Shown: positions 18,049 through 28,100 of the stretch, one piece after another
How positions within the stretch are numbered: position 1 is the stretch's first letter
Layout of the letters: every line of letters starts with the position of its first letter
IMG/VR virus record: IMGVR_UViG_3300031993_000027
Span: 1 to 64,000 of that record
Strand: one strand, 5' to 3'
Origin: a virus
Lineage: Duplodnaviria > Caudoviricetes
DNA length: 64,000 bases
Position numbers and translations under genes: made by a program
The notes under the pieces: generated by a model
What the model was told of the DNA's origin: nothing
The model's database searches: none
Seen by the model: only the letters and a program-made list of their open reading frames with translations

Positions 18049-18225
18049 ATGCAGACAGACTTGCTGAAGTATTGGTCGGAAAAGTTATCTGAAGCAAGCA
18101 CAGACTTGTCTCACGCTGTAACAGAAAAAGGTGTCTCTTCCTACGATGAAGAGTACGAAGACCTTTTCAACGAGATAACAATGATTAGCCGTACAATCGC
18201 CCTGCTTGCTAATACAAAGGAGTGA
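18049..18225 (+). CDS. hypothetical protein (58 aa)
   Basis: AAGGAGG SD; fills the gap between genes. Confidence 0.5.
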   Translation: MQTDLLKYWSEKLSEASTDLSHAVTEKGVSSYDEEYEDLFNEITMISRTIALLANTKE

Positions 18226-18229
18226 TGCT

Positions 18230-18475
18230 ATGTCGTTAAGGTGTACTTGTTATAAAGACAAAGACCGCTTTAGACAGAAGAGAGAGGAATGGAAGACAGG
18301 ATATCGCAAGAGAACAGGTGCTTTTTTATATCCTGCTAGGGACTATTCCATACGTGAAGACATGGCAATTCTTGAACATTCTATCCCCGACAGAGAATTG
18401 TCAAAGAAGATAGAGCGTTCGGTAAACGCAATTCAAAAGAGAAGATGGTTTTTGAAGAGAAATGAGACCGATTGA
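18230..18475 (+). CDS. basic, putative HTH DNA-binding protein
   Basis: DRELSKKIERSVNAIQKRRW. Confidence 0.55.
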   Translation: MSLRCTCYKDKDRFRQKREEWKTGYRKRTGAFLYPARDYSIREDMAILEHSIPDRELSKKIERSVNAIQKRRWFLKRNETD

Positions 18476-18986
18476 CGGACAGAATATAGAACAAAAGATA
18501 TCGGCATTGAGAGAGGGTCAAAAGGATTTACTTTCGGTTGACCTTCTCAATCAATGCCTTGACCTAGTTAAAGAAGAGCCTGAACTGGCAATAGAACCTG
18601 ACTATGGAGAATTGGTCTATCAGGTAACGATTCCTATCGTTCCTACGACCAAGAAAAACAGTCAGAGGATATTGAAGAACCTCAAAACAGGGAAGAACTT
18701 TATTGCACAAGGAACAGCCTATAAGCAATACGAGAACTCTGCCAAGTGGTTTCTTAGACCTTTAGGGATAGATTACCCTGTAAACATCAAGTGTTTGTTT
18801 TACAGGGAAAACAAACATAGGGTTGACCTTACTAACTTGCTAGAGAGTATCGACGATATCCTAGTTGGTAAGGGAACTATCAAGGATGACAGTTTCAATA
18901 TCCTTGTAGGACACGACGGAAGCCGTGTATATGTAGACAAGGAACATCCAAGAACGGAAATCTATATCTACAAGATAAAGGAGTGA
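18462..18986 (+). CDS. rusA: RusA-like Holliday junction resolvase
   Basis: TKKNSQRI, VDLTNLLESIDDILV...IKDD, PRTEIYI. Confidence 0.75.
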   Translation: MRPIDGQNIEQKISALREGQKDLLSVDLLNQCLDLVKEEPELAIEPDYGELVYQVTIPIVPTTKKNSQRILKNLKTGKNFIAQGTAYKQYENSAKWFLRPLGIDYPVNIKCLFYRENKHRVDLTNLLESIDDILVGKGTIKDDSFNILVGHDGSRVYVDKEHPRTEIYIYKIKE

Positions 18987-19089
18987 ATATGGCAACATTT
19001 GAGAAATACGTAATCATCCTATTAATCGTGATAATAATCCTTCAGATTTTTAATGGTCTGAACAGTAAATAAAGAAGTGAGGTAATACA

Positions 19090-19293
19090 ATGTCAAAGAA
19101 GAAAAAGAATCCTACTAGACCTCGTAGCACTATCGAGGCGCAGGAGCGTTATAAGAGAGAATCTACGAGACAATATGCTATCCGTTTCCTGAAAAATGCG
19201 GATGCGGATATCATTGAACTCTTAGATGCCACGCCTAAGAAGTTGGACATTTTAAGAGTGGCTTTGAGAGATTACATAAATAAATATAAATAA
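19090..19293 (+). CDS. small putative ribbon-helix-helix regulator
   Basis: YAIRFLKNADADIIELLD...ILRVALRDYI. Confidence 0.5.
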   Translation: MSKKKKNPTRPRSTIEAQERYKRESTRQYAIRFLKNADADIIELLDATPKKLDILRVALRDYINKYK

Positions 19294-19308
19294 TTTTCGT
19301 CTGCTCTA

Positions 19309-19337
19309 TTGACTTAGGCTACCCTATGCTCTATAAT
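19309..19337 (+). promoter_or_regulatory. sigmaA promoter with CTACCCTA box
   Basis: TTGACT-N17-TATAAT; box at 19319. Confidence 0.8.
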
Positions 19338-19383
19338 CAAGGTAGTTATACAGGAACTACACTTTTTATGGAGGTACGGAGCA

Positions 19384-20610
19384 ATGACAAAGTTCGCTAT
19401 TTATGAAGGTCTTATGGAAGACCTTCGCAAGAAGGTAAAGAGAGTAGAGAAGAAGTGCAACCGATATGGATGCCCTTTTTCATACGAGGAAGTCGGAGAG
19501 ACTTTTAAGAAGTTCAATAACCCTGACGACCCTGACCATCCATTCGTATACAGATTCATCGAGGTCGAGGTTGAGGGAACAGCCAAGAAGGAAGATTGGG
19601 AGTTCGTAGCATCTATCGAGCATACCGACAACGGTAATATCTATCACAAGGCACTGACAGATATCGAAATCCCTGTAAGGTATCGTGACTGTCAACCATA
19701 CTGTGAGCACTGCAACACAGACCGTCCTCGTAAGAAGACGTACATCGTTCACAACACAGAGACAGGCGAGTTCAAGCAACTTGCTTCTTCCTGCGTTAAG
19801 GACTACACAAGAGGTCTTAGTGCTGAAATGTTCGCTTTCTACGCTTCAATCGTAGACCTCTTCGCTGAAGAAGAGATTTCCTTCGGTGGTGGTTATCACG
19901 GTGAGAAGATGCTCTACAAGGTAGAGGACGTTCTTCTCTACGTATCCGAGTGTATCAACTACTTGGGTTACGTCAAGAAGTACGACGAGTACGGTGAGCG
20001 CAATCCTTACGCTACTGTTCATTCTGCAAGACTTCTTTACGAGAATGACTTCTACAAGAGCCAACTCTCCAAGTACGAGAAGGAAGAAATCTACAAACTT
20101 CAGGAGAAGATTGAGAAGAAGGGTACATTCAATCCTTCTTCCGACGAGAACAAGGCACGAGTTAAAGAGGCTCTCGATTGGCTCTTCGCACAGGAGAACC
20201 CTTCTGACTACATCCACAATGTACAGGTAATCGCAAAGCAGGAGTACATCGAGTGGAAGAACTTCGGTCTCCTCTGTTCCCTTCTCCCTGTTGCTTACAA
20301 GGCTATCAACAGCATCAAGGAACAGGCTAAGAGAGTTAAGGAAGAGGCTAACTCCGAGTACGTTGGTACAGTGGGTGAGAGAAAAGACTTCGTACTTACT
20401 TTCGTAAGAGAAGCATACTTCGATTCAGAGTTCGGTGTTACCTACGTTTACACTTTCAAGGACGAGAACGGTAACATCTTCGTATGGAAGACTAGCAACA
20501 TTCTCAACCTGAAGGAGAACGAGCAGGTTACTATCAAGGGAACTATCAAGGCTCACAACGAGTACAAGCACGTTAAGCAGACAGTTATCACACGTTGCAA
20601 GGTAGCATAA
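19384..20610 (+). CDS. phage protein with CxHC zinc site and C-terminal OB-fold
   Basis: CEHCNTDR.RK; YVGTVGER...FVWKT...IKGTIKAH.EY...QT.ITRC; strongly biased codon use. Confidence 0.75.
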   Translation: MTKFAIYEGLMEDLRKKVKRVEKKCNRYGCPFSYEEVGETFKKFNNPDDPDHPFVYRFIEVEVEGTAKKEDWEFVASIEHTDNGNIYHKALTDIEIPVRYRDCQPYCEHCNTDRPRKKTYIVHNTETGEFKQLASSCVKDYTRGLSAEMFAFYASIVDLFAEEEISFGGGYHGEKMLYKVEDVLLYVSECINYLGYVKKYDEYGERNPYATVHSARLLYENDFYKSQLSKYEKEEIYKLQEKIEKKGTFNPSSDENKARVKEALDWLFAQENPSDYIHNVQVIAKQEYIEWKNFGLLCSLLPVAYKAINSIKEQAKRVKEEANSEYVGTVGERKDFVLTFVREAYFDSEFGVTYVYTFKDENGNIFVWKTSNILNLKENEQVTIKGTIKAHNEYKHVKQTVITRCKVA

Positions 20611-20624
20611 GGAGTGACAGGCAT

Positions 20625-20978
20625 ATGTGTAAGGATTGGCGAAAGAAGTATCCAGTAGACGAGATTCGAAATATCGAAGCAGGTATCAAGAAGTTGCGGA
20701 GCATGATTGAGCAGGTGGAGGCATCGGGAACGCCCTTTGAGAAGATTTTCAACAACGACGTAATCAAGTACGATGTTCTCCCTAAGAACTTCTTCGTGTT
20801 CAAGCACCACGGTAAGATGAACAGTCAGGTTCGAATCCTGTACCGATTCATCAGAAAACCTGATGGTTCATTTGAAATCGAGATTCATCAGGTGTATATT
20901 AAGAGGAAGGACTTAGGTAAGTTACAGAATATTTACCTAAAAGACTTCGAGAAATATGTTAAGAACTACACCGAATAG
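20625..20978 (+). CDS. hypothetical protein, possibly RelE/ParE-like fold
   Basis: AAGGAG SD; FFVFK....QVRILYRF. Confidence 0.55.
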   Translation: MCKDWRKKYPVDEIRNIEAGIKKLRSMIEQVEASGTPFEKIFNNDVIKYDVLPKNFFVFKHHGKMNSQVRILYRFIRKPDGSFEIEIHQVYIKRKDLGKLQNIYLKDFEKYVKNYTE

Positions 20979-20993
20979 TAAGCGGTAACAAGT

Positions 20994-21179
20994 GTGGAGA
21001 CTAAAGTTACCTACAAGCCAAATGAATTTGCAAAGTTAGTTGGGGTATCGGTAAAGACACTTCAACGTTGGGACAGACAAGGACTTCTTAAAGCGAATCG
21101 TACTGTTTCTAATCGCAGATTCTATACCGAAGAACATTATAAGGTTTGTATGAATCAGTCCAAAGACAAATTATGTTGA
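20994..21179 (+). CDS. truncated IS607-type TnpA (MerR-like HTH only)
   Basis: YKPNEFAKLVGVSVKTLQRWDRQG.L...RT..NRRFYT; no serine recombinase domain. Confidence 0.75.
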   Translation: METKVTYKPNEFAKLVGVSVKTLQRWDRQGLLKANRTVSNRRFYTEEHYKVCMNQSKDKLC

Positions 21180-22315
21180 AGAGTTTTAAGACGGAAATCA
21201 ATCCTACTAAAGAACAGATTGTTTTGATTAACAAAACTATTGGTGTATGCAGATTCATTTATAATTTCTATATTGCTCACAATCAGGAACTCTATAAGAC
21301 TAATCATTCCTTTATGAGTGGAAGAGAATTTAGTGTATGGATGAATAACGAATACCTTCCCGATAATCCTGAATATTCTTGGATTAAGGAAGTCAGTAGC
21401 AAGTCAGTTAAACAATCTATAATGAATGGATATGAAGCCTTTTCAAAGTTCTTTCAAGGTAAGAGCAGATTTCCAAGATTCAAAAAGAAACATCAAGACC
21501 TTGTGAAGATGTACTTTGTGAAAACTAATCCTACTGATTGTTATTGTGAAAGACACAGAATAAAGATACCTACTCTTGGTTGGGTAAGACTTAAAGAAAA
21601 AGGATACATACCACTAACTAAGAACGATTATGTAATAAGAAGTGGAACTATTTCTAAACAGGCAGGTCGTTACTATGTATCAGCCATTGTAGAAATCCCT
21701 GACAAGATAGTTAACGAATATTCTGAAGGTATAGGAATAGATTTAGGTATAAAAGACCTAGCAATAATATCCACAGGACAATCTTTTAAGAACATTAACA
21801 AGAGTTCAAATGTAAGAAAGTTAGAAAAGAGATTAAAGAGAGAACAAAGAAGGTTATCTCGTAAACAAATAAAAAAGAAAGGAGAAGTTGCTCAAAACAG
21901 AGAAAAGCAAAGACTGAAGGTACAGAAACTTCATCAAAGGATATCTAATATCCGTACAGACTACATTAACAAGACAATAGTAGAGATAGTGAAAACCAAA
22001 CCATCTTATATAACTATTGAAGACCTTAATGTAAAGGGAATGATGAAGAATAAGCATCTTTCAAAGGCTGTATCGTCACAAAGGTTCTATGAGTTTAGAA
22101 CAAAACTAAAAAGCAAATGTGACGAGTACAGAATAGAGTTAAGAATAGCAGACAGGTTTTATCCTTCTTCCAAGACTTGTAACTCTTGTGGAAGAATAAA
22201 CAAGACTTTAAAGTTGTCTGATAGAATCTTCAAATGTGAATGTGGATACATAGCAGATAGAGATTTCAATGCTAGTCTTAACTTGAAGGATTTGAAAATC
22301 TATACAGTAGCATAG
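21173..22315 (+). CDS. tnpB: TnpB RNA-guided endonuclease
   Basis: N-terminal HTH; RuvC motifs GIDLG, IEDL, DRDFNAS; zinc finger CNSCG...CECG. Confidence 0.95.
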   Translation: MLKSFKTEINPTKEQIVLINKTIGVCRFIYNFYIAHNQELYKTNHSFMSGREFSVWMNNEYLPDNPEYSWIKEVSSKSVKQSIMNGYEAFSKFFQGKSRFPRFKKKHQDLVKMYFVKTNPTDCYCERHRIKIPTLGWVRLKEKGYIPLTKNDYVIRSGTISKQAGRYYVSAIVEIPDKIVNEYSEGIGIDLGIKDLAIISTGQSFKNINKSSNVRKLEKRLKREQRRLSRKQIKKKGEVAQNREKQRLKVQKLHQRISNIRTDYINKTIVEIVKTKPSYITIEDLNVKGMMKNKHLSKAVSSQRFYEFRTKLKSKCDEYRIELRIADRFYPSSKTCNSCGRINKTLKLSDRIFKCECGYIADRDFNASLNLKDLKIYTVA

Positions 22316-22494
22316 GCAAGCATTTATAGATATGTACCGATGGTCAGTCGGGAATTTACGACTGTGGAGTGTACAAGAACTTGTGAGTAGATTACTTAGT
22401 AATCAAAAGCATACACGTTGAAACAGTAAGAAGTATCCGTGAGGACTTCATTTCTCATATATTTGAGTGACAGGTGTAGATTTAATAACTGTTT
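22316..22494 (+). ncRNA. TnpB omegaRNA scaffold plus about 20-nt guide (from 22475)
   Basis: About 160-nt structured region after the tnpB stop; boundaries inferred. Confidence 0.6.
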
Positions 22495-22504
22495 TTCGTT
22501 TAGA
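22476..22504 (+). promoter_or_regulatory. phage-specific promoter, GTAGATTTAA-N11-CGTTTAGA
   Basis: Variant of the bipartite motif, upstream of the sbcC operon. Confidence 0.65.
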
Positions 22505-22537
22505 GAATTAGGAACAAATATATTGAGGGGGTTTAGT

Positions 22538-22744
22538 ATGGAAAACTCAAACGAAAGCAAGAACAATATAATTCAGTTAACCGAAAAGGACTACGTAAAT
22601 CTCTTTGCTTGGATATCCTTGCTTGAAAACAGAGTAGAGGTTTTAGAGAAGGAACTTGGTATCCTTAATAACACTCCGAGACCGAAAACTCTTTCAAAGG
22701 TTCGTATCTACGAAGAAACAGCCAAGTCGGAGGTTAACGCATGA
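22538..22744 (+). CDS. hypothetical protein
   Basis: GAGGGG SD; ATGA-coupled to sbcC. Confidence 0.55.
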   Translation: MENSNESKNNIIQLTEKDYVNLFAWISLLENRVEVLEKELGILNNTPRPKTLSKVRIYEETAKSEVNA

Positions 22745-24486
22745 ATATAAGATTTACGAAACTCGTTATCGAGGGTTTCCAATCTATCGGGAGCAGAGAA
22801 GAACTTGACCTCGAAGGGCAGGGCATAACAATCATCAAAGGTATCAACGAATATGAAAAAAAGGCTTCAAGTAACGGCACAGGAAAGTCGAGTACGGTAG
22901 AGGCATTAAATTGGTGTTTGTTCGGTAAGACCTCGGCAGGTGTTACCAACGTCACAAACCGTTATTATCCGAACGGATGCTTCGTATCCGTAGAGTTCCA
23001 TAAGGACAGCGAGAAATACCTCATAGAACGCTTCCTAGACCACAAGGAACGCAAGACAGGTATTTCCTTATTCTGTAATGGTCTCGACCTGTCGTGCCGT
23101 AATAAGAGCGATACAGACAAGTTGATTAAGGAGAAGGTGCTTCCATTCAATCAAGATGTATTCTTATCGACAATCTTCCTGTCGCAAGGATTCAGTGGCA
23201 GGTTGTCCCTGCTCACACCTACGGCTCGTAAAGAGAGATTAGAAGTGCTCGCAAATATCGACGAGAGAATCACCGCTTTCAAAGAGCAGGTCAATAATAA
23301 AAAGTCCGATTATTCGGACAGTTTAAGAGAGTGTGATAAGCAGGTCTCATACATCAACGGTCAACTTGATTCGGTCATCAGGAACAAAGAGAATGCCGAG
23401 AAGTTGAAGGAAAAGTCAGTGGATATTCCCGACCTCGACGTTGATGAAGTTACGGCTAAAATGAATGAATTAGAGAAGACCATCGGAGACCTTAAAGAAG
23501 ATTCTAAGAACTACTCCGAGAAGATTAACAAGTGCGAGTATCAGTATTCCTCGTTGAACATTGAGAAGGACAGGATTAACAGAGATAAGAATAAACTTGA
23601 AGTACAGTTGAACGCTGTCGGAGAATCCTTCGAGTGCCCGACCTGTCATCAGACCGTGAGTGCGGAACTCGGAGAAGAAATCAAAGCGGATATCGAAGAG
23701 AAGATATCTGATTTGGAGGATGAAATCTTTGACAAGTCCGAACAGATAATGCTCGTTGAATCAGACCTTATGACTTACAGAAGAAATTCTGAAGACGTGA
23801 ATAACAGGCTTAACGCTATGTCTAAGACCCATAAGGAACTCACAGAGAAGATGTATGCCTATAACAAGGCGGTAAGAGAAAATGCCACCTTGCAGGGTCA
23901 ATTAGCGAACCTCGCAAATATCAGTGAGTTAGAAAAGAATATCCTCGACCTTAACTCACAGATTCAGGAGGTCAACGACAAGAGGGGAGAAGTAGAGATT
24001 GACTATAACATCACCGACCATATCCTGAAGTTGATTACCAAAGAGTTCAGGACATATCTGTTGTCAGGCATCATCGAGTACATGAATCAGAAGTTACAGA
24101 AGTATTCGGAATATCTCTTCGAAAACTCCGATGACAAGATTTGGGTCGATGCAGATACGTCTAAGTTGACCATCATGCTCAATGACAGTCTCTATGAGAG
24201 TTTGTCAGGCGGTGAGAAGAAAAAGGTTGACCTTTCCCTTGTCTTGGCACAGAGAGACCTTGCCCTGAAGGTGTCAGGCTTTACCTGTAATCTCATGGTC
24301 TGTGATGAAATATTGGAGAACTGCGACGAGGTTGCTTCCAACGTCTGCCTTAAACTCTTGAACGACGTATCAGAAGAAATCGAATCTGTATACCTGATTT
24401 CACACAATAACTACTCCCTGCCTATTGATAACACAATCACTGTTATCAAAGGAAGTGACAGAATTTCAAGAATTTCTTACAGTTAA
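22741..24486 (+). CDS. SbcC/Rad50 (gp46-like) ATPase
   Basis: NGTGKS Walker A, coiled coils, CPTC zinc hook, LSGGE signature, VCDE Walker B, ISH. Confidence 0.9.
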   Translation: MNIRFTKLVIEGFQSIGSREELDLEGQGITIIKGINEYEKKASSNGTGKSSTVEALNWCLFGKTSAGVTNVTNRYYPNGCFVSVEFHKDSEKYLIERFLDHKERKTGISLFCNGLDLSCRNKSDTDKLIKEKVLPFNQDVFLSTIFLSQGFSGRLSLLTPTARKERLEVLANIDERITAFKEQVNNKKSDYSDSLRECDKQVSYINGQLDSVIRNKENAEKLKEKSVDIPDLDVDEVTAKMNELEKTIGDLKEDSKNYSEKINKCEYQYSSLNIEKDRINRDKNKLEVQLNAVGESFECPTCHQTVSAELGEEIKADIEEKISDLEDEIFDKSEQIMLVESDLMTYRRNSEDVNNRLNAMSKTHKELTEKMYAYNKAVRENATLQGQLANLANISELEKNILDLNSQIQEVNDKRGEVEIDYNITDHILKLITKEFRTYLLSGIIEYMNQKLQKYSEYLFENSDDKIWVDADTSKLTIMLNDSLYESLSGGEKKKVDLSLVLAQRDLALKVSGFTCNLMVCDEILENCDEVASNVCLKLLNDVSEEIESVYLISHNNYSLPIDNTITVIKGSDRISRISYS

Positions 24487-24488
24487 GT

Positions 24489-24517
24489 GGAGATTCAATC
24501 TCTACTTACCGTTAAGA
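24489..24517 (+). promoter_or_regulatory. phage-specific promoter, GGAGATTCAA-N11-CGTTAAGA
   Basis: Exact consensus copy. Confidence 0.8.
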
Positions 24518-24548
24518 GAGATAGGAAAATAAAAGAGAGGTGTCGGTT

Positions 24549-24719
24549 ATGCCAAGTGCTTATATCACATTCCCATTGGCAATGCTTATAGGAATAGAAT
24601 TTGGAATGATTCTTTTGGTCATATCTCTGTACAGTTCTAGGGTCAAGGCTTTGAACAAGACCATTAAGGAACAGGAAAAAGAGATAGATGAACTGAAGAA
24701 GTCTGAACTTAAAATCTAA
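24549..24719 (+). CDS. small membrane protein with coiled-coil tail
   Basis: GAGGTG SD; transmembrane helix. Confidence 0.55.
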   Translation: MPSAYITFPLAMLIGIEFGMILLVISLYSSRVKALNKTIKEQEKEIDELKKSELKI

Positions 24720-24763
24720 CGTCGTGCAGACGTAGAAAATAAAATAAAAGGAGACTTTTGCCT

Positions 24764-25012
24764 ATGCTTTCACAGGAAAAGAGAGTTATCAACTACCTTT
24801 TGGAACATGATACCATTTCACAGTTGGAGGCGACCAAGTTGTTTGGTGCTACTCGTCTAGGGGCTATCGTGTTCAACATCAGAGAGAAGTACGGATATGA
24901 TGCTGTCGCTTCTATTTGGGTAGAAGAGCCAAACCGCTATGGAGTGAAGACACGTTTTGTTCGTTACAAGTTGAACAAGCGTAAGGTCAAGGTAAAGAAG
25001 GGAAAGAAGTAA
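24764..25012 (+). CDS. winged-HTH DNA-binding protein
   Basis: QEKRVINYL..HDTISQLEA...FGATRLGAIVFNIR. Confidence 0.7.
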   Translation: MLSQEKRVINYLLEHDTISQLEATKLFGATRLGAIVFNIREKYGYDAVASIWVEEPNRYGVKTRFVRYKLNKRKVKVKKGKK

Positions 25013-25032
25013 TCCATTACCCTCCATAACAC

Positions 25033-25122
25033 GATAAGGCGGTAAGAGACCGAAACTTACCGCCTTATCTATCCAATTTAGAGTTGTTCCACAGGAGGTG
25101 CTAGGGTGGGGCAACTCTTTTT
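25033..25122. terminator. paired hairpins where early and late transcription converge
   Basis: GATAAGGCGGTAAG/CTTACCGCCTTATC and AGAGTTGTTCCAC/GTGGGGCAACTCT followed by a T-run. Confidence 0.7.
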
Positions 25123-25137
25123 AGTAGAGTGTCTTTA

Positions 25138-28100
25138 TTATGGTTCTTCTTCCTCGTCAGGGGTTTCCTCTTCGTCAGGATTGCCTAACATGAACAGGGA
25201 CAACGGTGCTTGACCTTCTCTGTACATATAGAACTTGTCATCGTCATTACAAGGATAGAAGACATTATTGACCAATTCCAATACTCCGATATGCTCATTC
25301 TGTCTCTTCGGTACGAACGACTTTATGAGGTTCTGATTCTCGTCGTAGATAGAGAGTTTATAGAACTTGCCATAGTTTCCATAAAGAGCATCGACCATCT
25401 TGTATGCACCAAGAATCTTACCATCAACTAAAGAATAATCTTTCGGAGCAAGAAGCATAAATCCAGTATAAGTTCTTTCTTCCTGATTTACATAAATCCT
25501 GTTTGGTCTAGTAGCAGGATAGAACTTATTGGAAACCTTATCTCTTACACCTGATACTCCTTCATATGCTTCAGGAATAAAGTCAGCGACTACATTGTTA
25601 CTTGCATCCTTTATCTTTATCTCCTGAACTGTACCACATCCATTGACGAACGGAGCAATGTAGGTATAAGCAGGAACAAACGGTTCATCGTTGATACTAT
25701 CTCTACCGTTCATAATATAGAAACCACCACTAGTAGCCTGTGTATGACTTCCGTTACCTGCTAATACAAACGTATGTGGTGTGTTTATGTAAGGTCTGAT
25801 ATCTTCGTTGGATATTACTCCTGTGTTATACTGAATACCTGTCTGTAAATTGAGGAAATTACCATTGTTACCGTCTTCACAGACAAATAGACCTTCGGTA
25901 TTTGTAGCACCTGTACCACCGATTATCGTGTAACATCTGCCAAACTCTTTATCAAGACTTCCTGTTATCTCGAAGGTATAGTCAGTATAGAGTTCCATAT
26001 CGTCAACATAGATATATCCATCATCTACCGAGCCATAAGTGTCAGTCGTCCATACCTGATTCATGGAAGGTGTTATCGAACTGCCATGTAAGGTGTAAGT
26101 ATTTCTACCTTCTACAATGTCCAACGGAGGGCAATCATCACTAGACTGCTGTCCTGCAAGTTCCATTCTTAACTTACCTGTTTCTCCGTCCAGTACAAGG
26201 AACAATCCTCTATACTTAAACTCTCTGTCATCAGGTGTATATTGATATGAACCACCTGCTATAGTCCACAGTCTGCTAGGTGTGGAAGGATTCAGGTCTG
26301 CATCTATCTCATAAGTATAGGTAGTTTTTAATTCCAAGTCAGGAATAGTAATCCATCCACCGTAAGTTTGAGAATCACTATTAGTGTATTGAGCCGTTGT
26401 CTGCATGAGATAATAGTCAGCAAGCACTGTCTTAGTATGTAAGTGCCAGTACAGCAGGAAATACGACCATGACACATTAAACTCGCTTGCCGAATACAGA
26501 GGCAAACCGTCTGCTCCCTCAACAGGAACATTACCATTGACACTCCTGAAGGTATAGTTGTAATTTCCTAACGGCTGTTGGAAATACTTGTTGTATTCTT
26601 CAGCATAGTCATCAGGAACTTCCGACAGTTGACTAAGACCTGTCTTCTTGTTTGTGATAGCAAAGATATGGTCATAGACTTCAGGATTGCTCTTTAAATA
26701 GGCAGGAGCGTTAGAAGAAAGTGACCCATCAGGCGAAATTGCCCTCGGCATTTCATAACGCTTAACATTATCCCAACCTGCTGTTGCCAAATAAAGGGCG
26801 TTAATTGGCTCTATAAGGCTTTGCAGGTCTGTGTACTTAATCTTCTCTCCTGCCACCACGGAAGCCGAAACAGACCCATCTGCGAACGTAGCAACGACAT
26901 TTCTTGCCTCAATGAACTTATTCATGCTCTCGGCAGAGATAGGATAGCCTCTTGGATAGTCACCGTTTGAACCGTCTTCGGCAACAGCGAGAGGGAAGTC
27001 TTCAATATAAATCTTGTAATTAGCACTTCTTTTAGAACCATATTGAGATTCTACTTCGATTTTTATCCTGTAAAATTTCTTCTCTTCCCCTTGTTCTATT
27101 GCCGTAATAGGGTCTAAGTCTATTCCTGTCAGGTCAATTATAACAGTGTTCTGATGCGTAAGTTCACCGCTACCCGATACACAGATATAAGTCGGGTTAT
27201 CTTCAGTGGAGTTGTCTGATATATCGTAGGTAAGAAAAAAGCCTGTTTCATCACCAATATATGTTACTTCCAAGGAATTATACCTGTATGCGTCCTTCTC
27301 TTCCTGTGTTAAGAAATCATAGTTGTTGTCTTTAGGTAATCTGACCGCTATCCTGAAAAGAGATTTTTCTCCGTTATCTGTGTCACCGACGAACCATGTG
27401 GCACGAGTGGAAGTAGGTGAAATTCTCTGAATATTAGAAAGACCACTGTCCACCAAAAGAAAATCAGTGTACGTTGCAGGATTTGTACCTTCTAAAGTCT
27501 CACTGAAAAGAGGAGTGATTATAAGTGTGTATTCTACTCCAAGAGAAATATTTTCAAAATTAATACTTGCACTTTTTTGAGGCACAATAAATGTTGCCAC
27601 ATTAACAAATTCGAGTTTGTAGTAGTTTGCAATACCTGTTTCGGCAGGGTTGCTGTCATCGTAAGACCATATCAACTCTAAAGGTTCTTGTTTTGGTTTA
27701 ACAACATGGTCAACTTCGACATATTCTCCGTTTACTTTGACCTTCAAATTAGTTATCTGATTGGTCGGTCTAGGGTCTCTGCGAACATAGTTATTGTATG
27801 TGGCAGGTGAACCTGTCAGACTGTAAATATGAGCACCGTTCTGAATGTAACTACCGTCATAGACAGGAGTTACTTTACAGGAATAATATCCGCTAGTTTG
27901 GATGTTTATATTCTGAAGGTTAACAGGTATTGTGTACGTCTTTACCCCTGCGTTGCTGTTCGCATATGAGTTAGTTACTGTACCAACACTATACGTTGTT
28001 CCTCCGTTTACCAAGACCACAACAAACTTCTTAACAACACCGTTGCTTTCAGGTTTGTTGTTATATGAGAAGGTTATGTTGAAGTTTTGCTCGTCTCTTC

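Larger units (their letters stand above)
20994..22474 (+). mobile_element. non-autonomous IS607-family element (left end uncertain)
   Basis: MerR-HTH plus tnpB plus 3' non-coding region ending TTTGAGTGACAGG; AT-rich relative to the flanks. Confidence 0.75.

Noticed and set aside
21173-22315. Nuclease-dead TnpB (TldR-like) or Cas12f
   Set aside because: All three RuvC acidic residues are present and there is no CRISPR array
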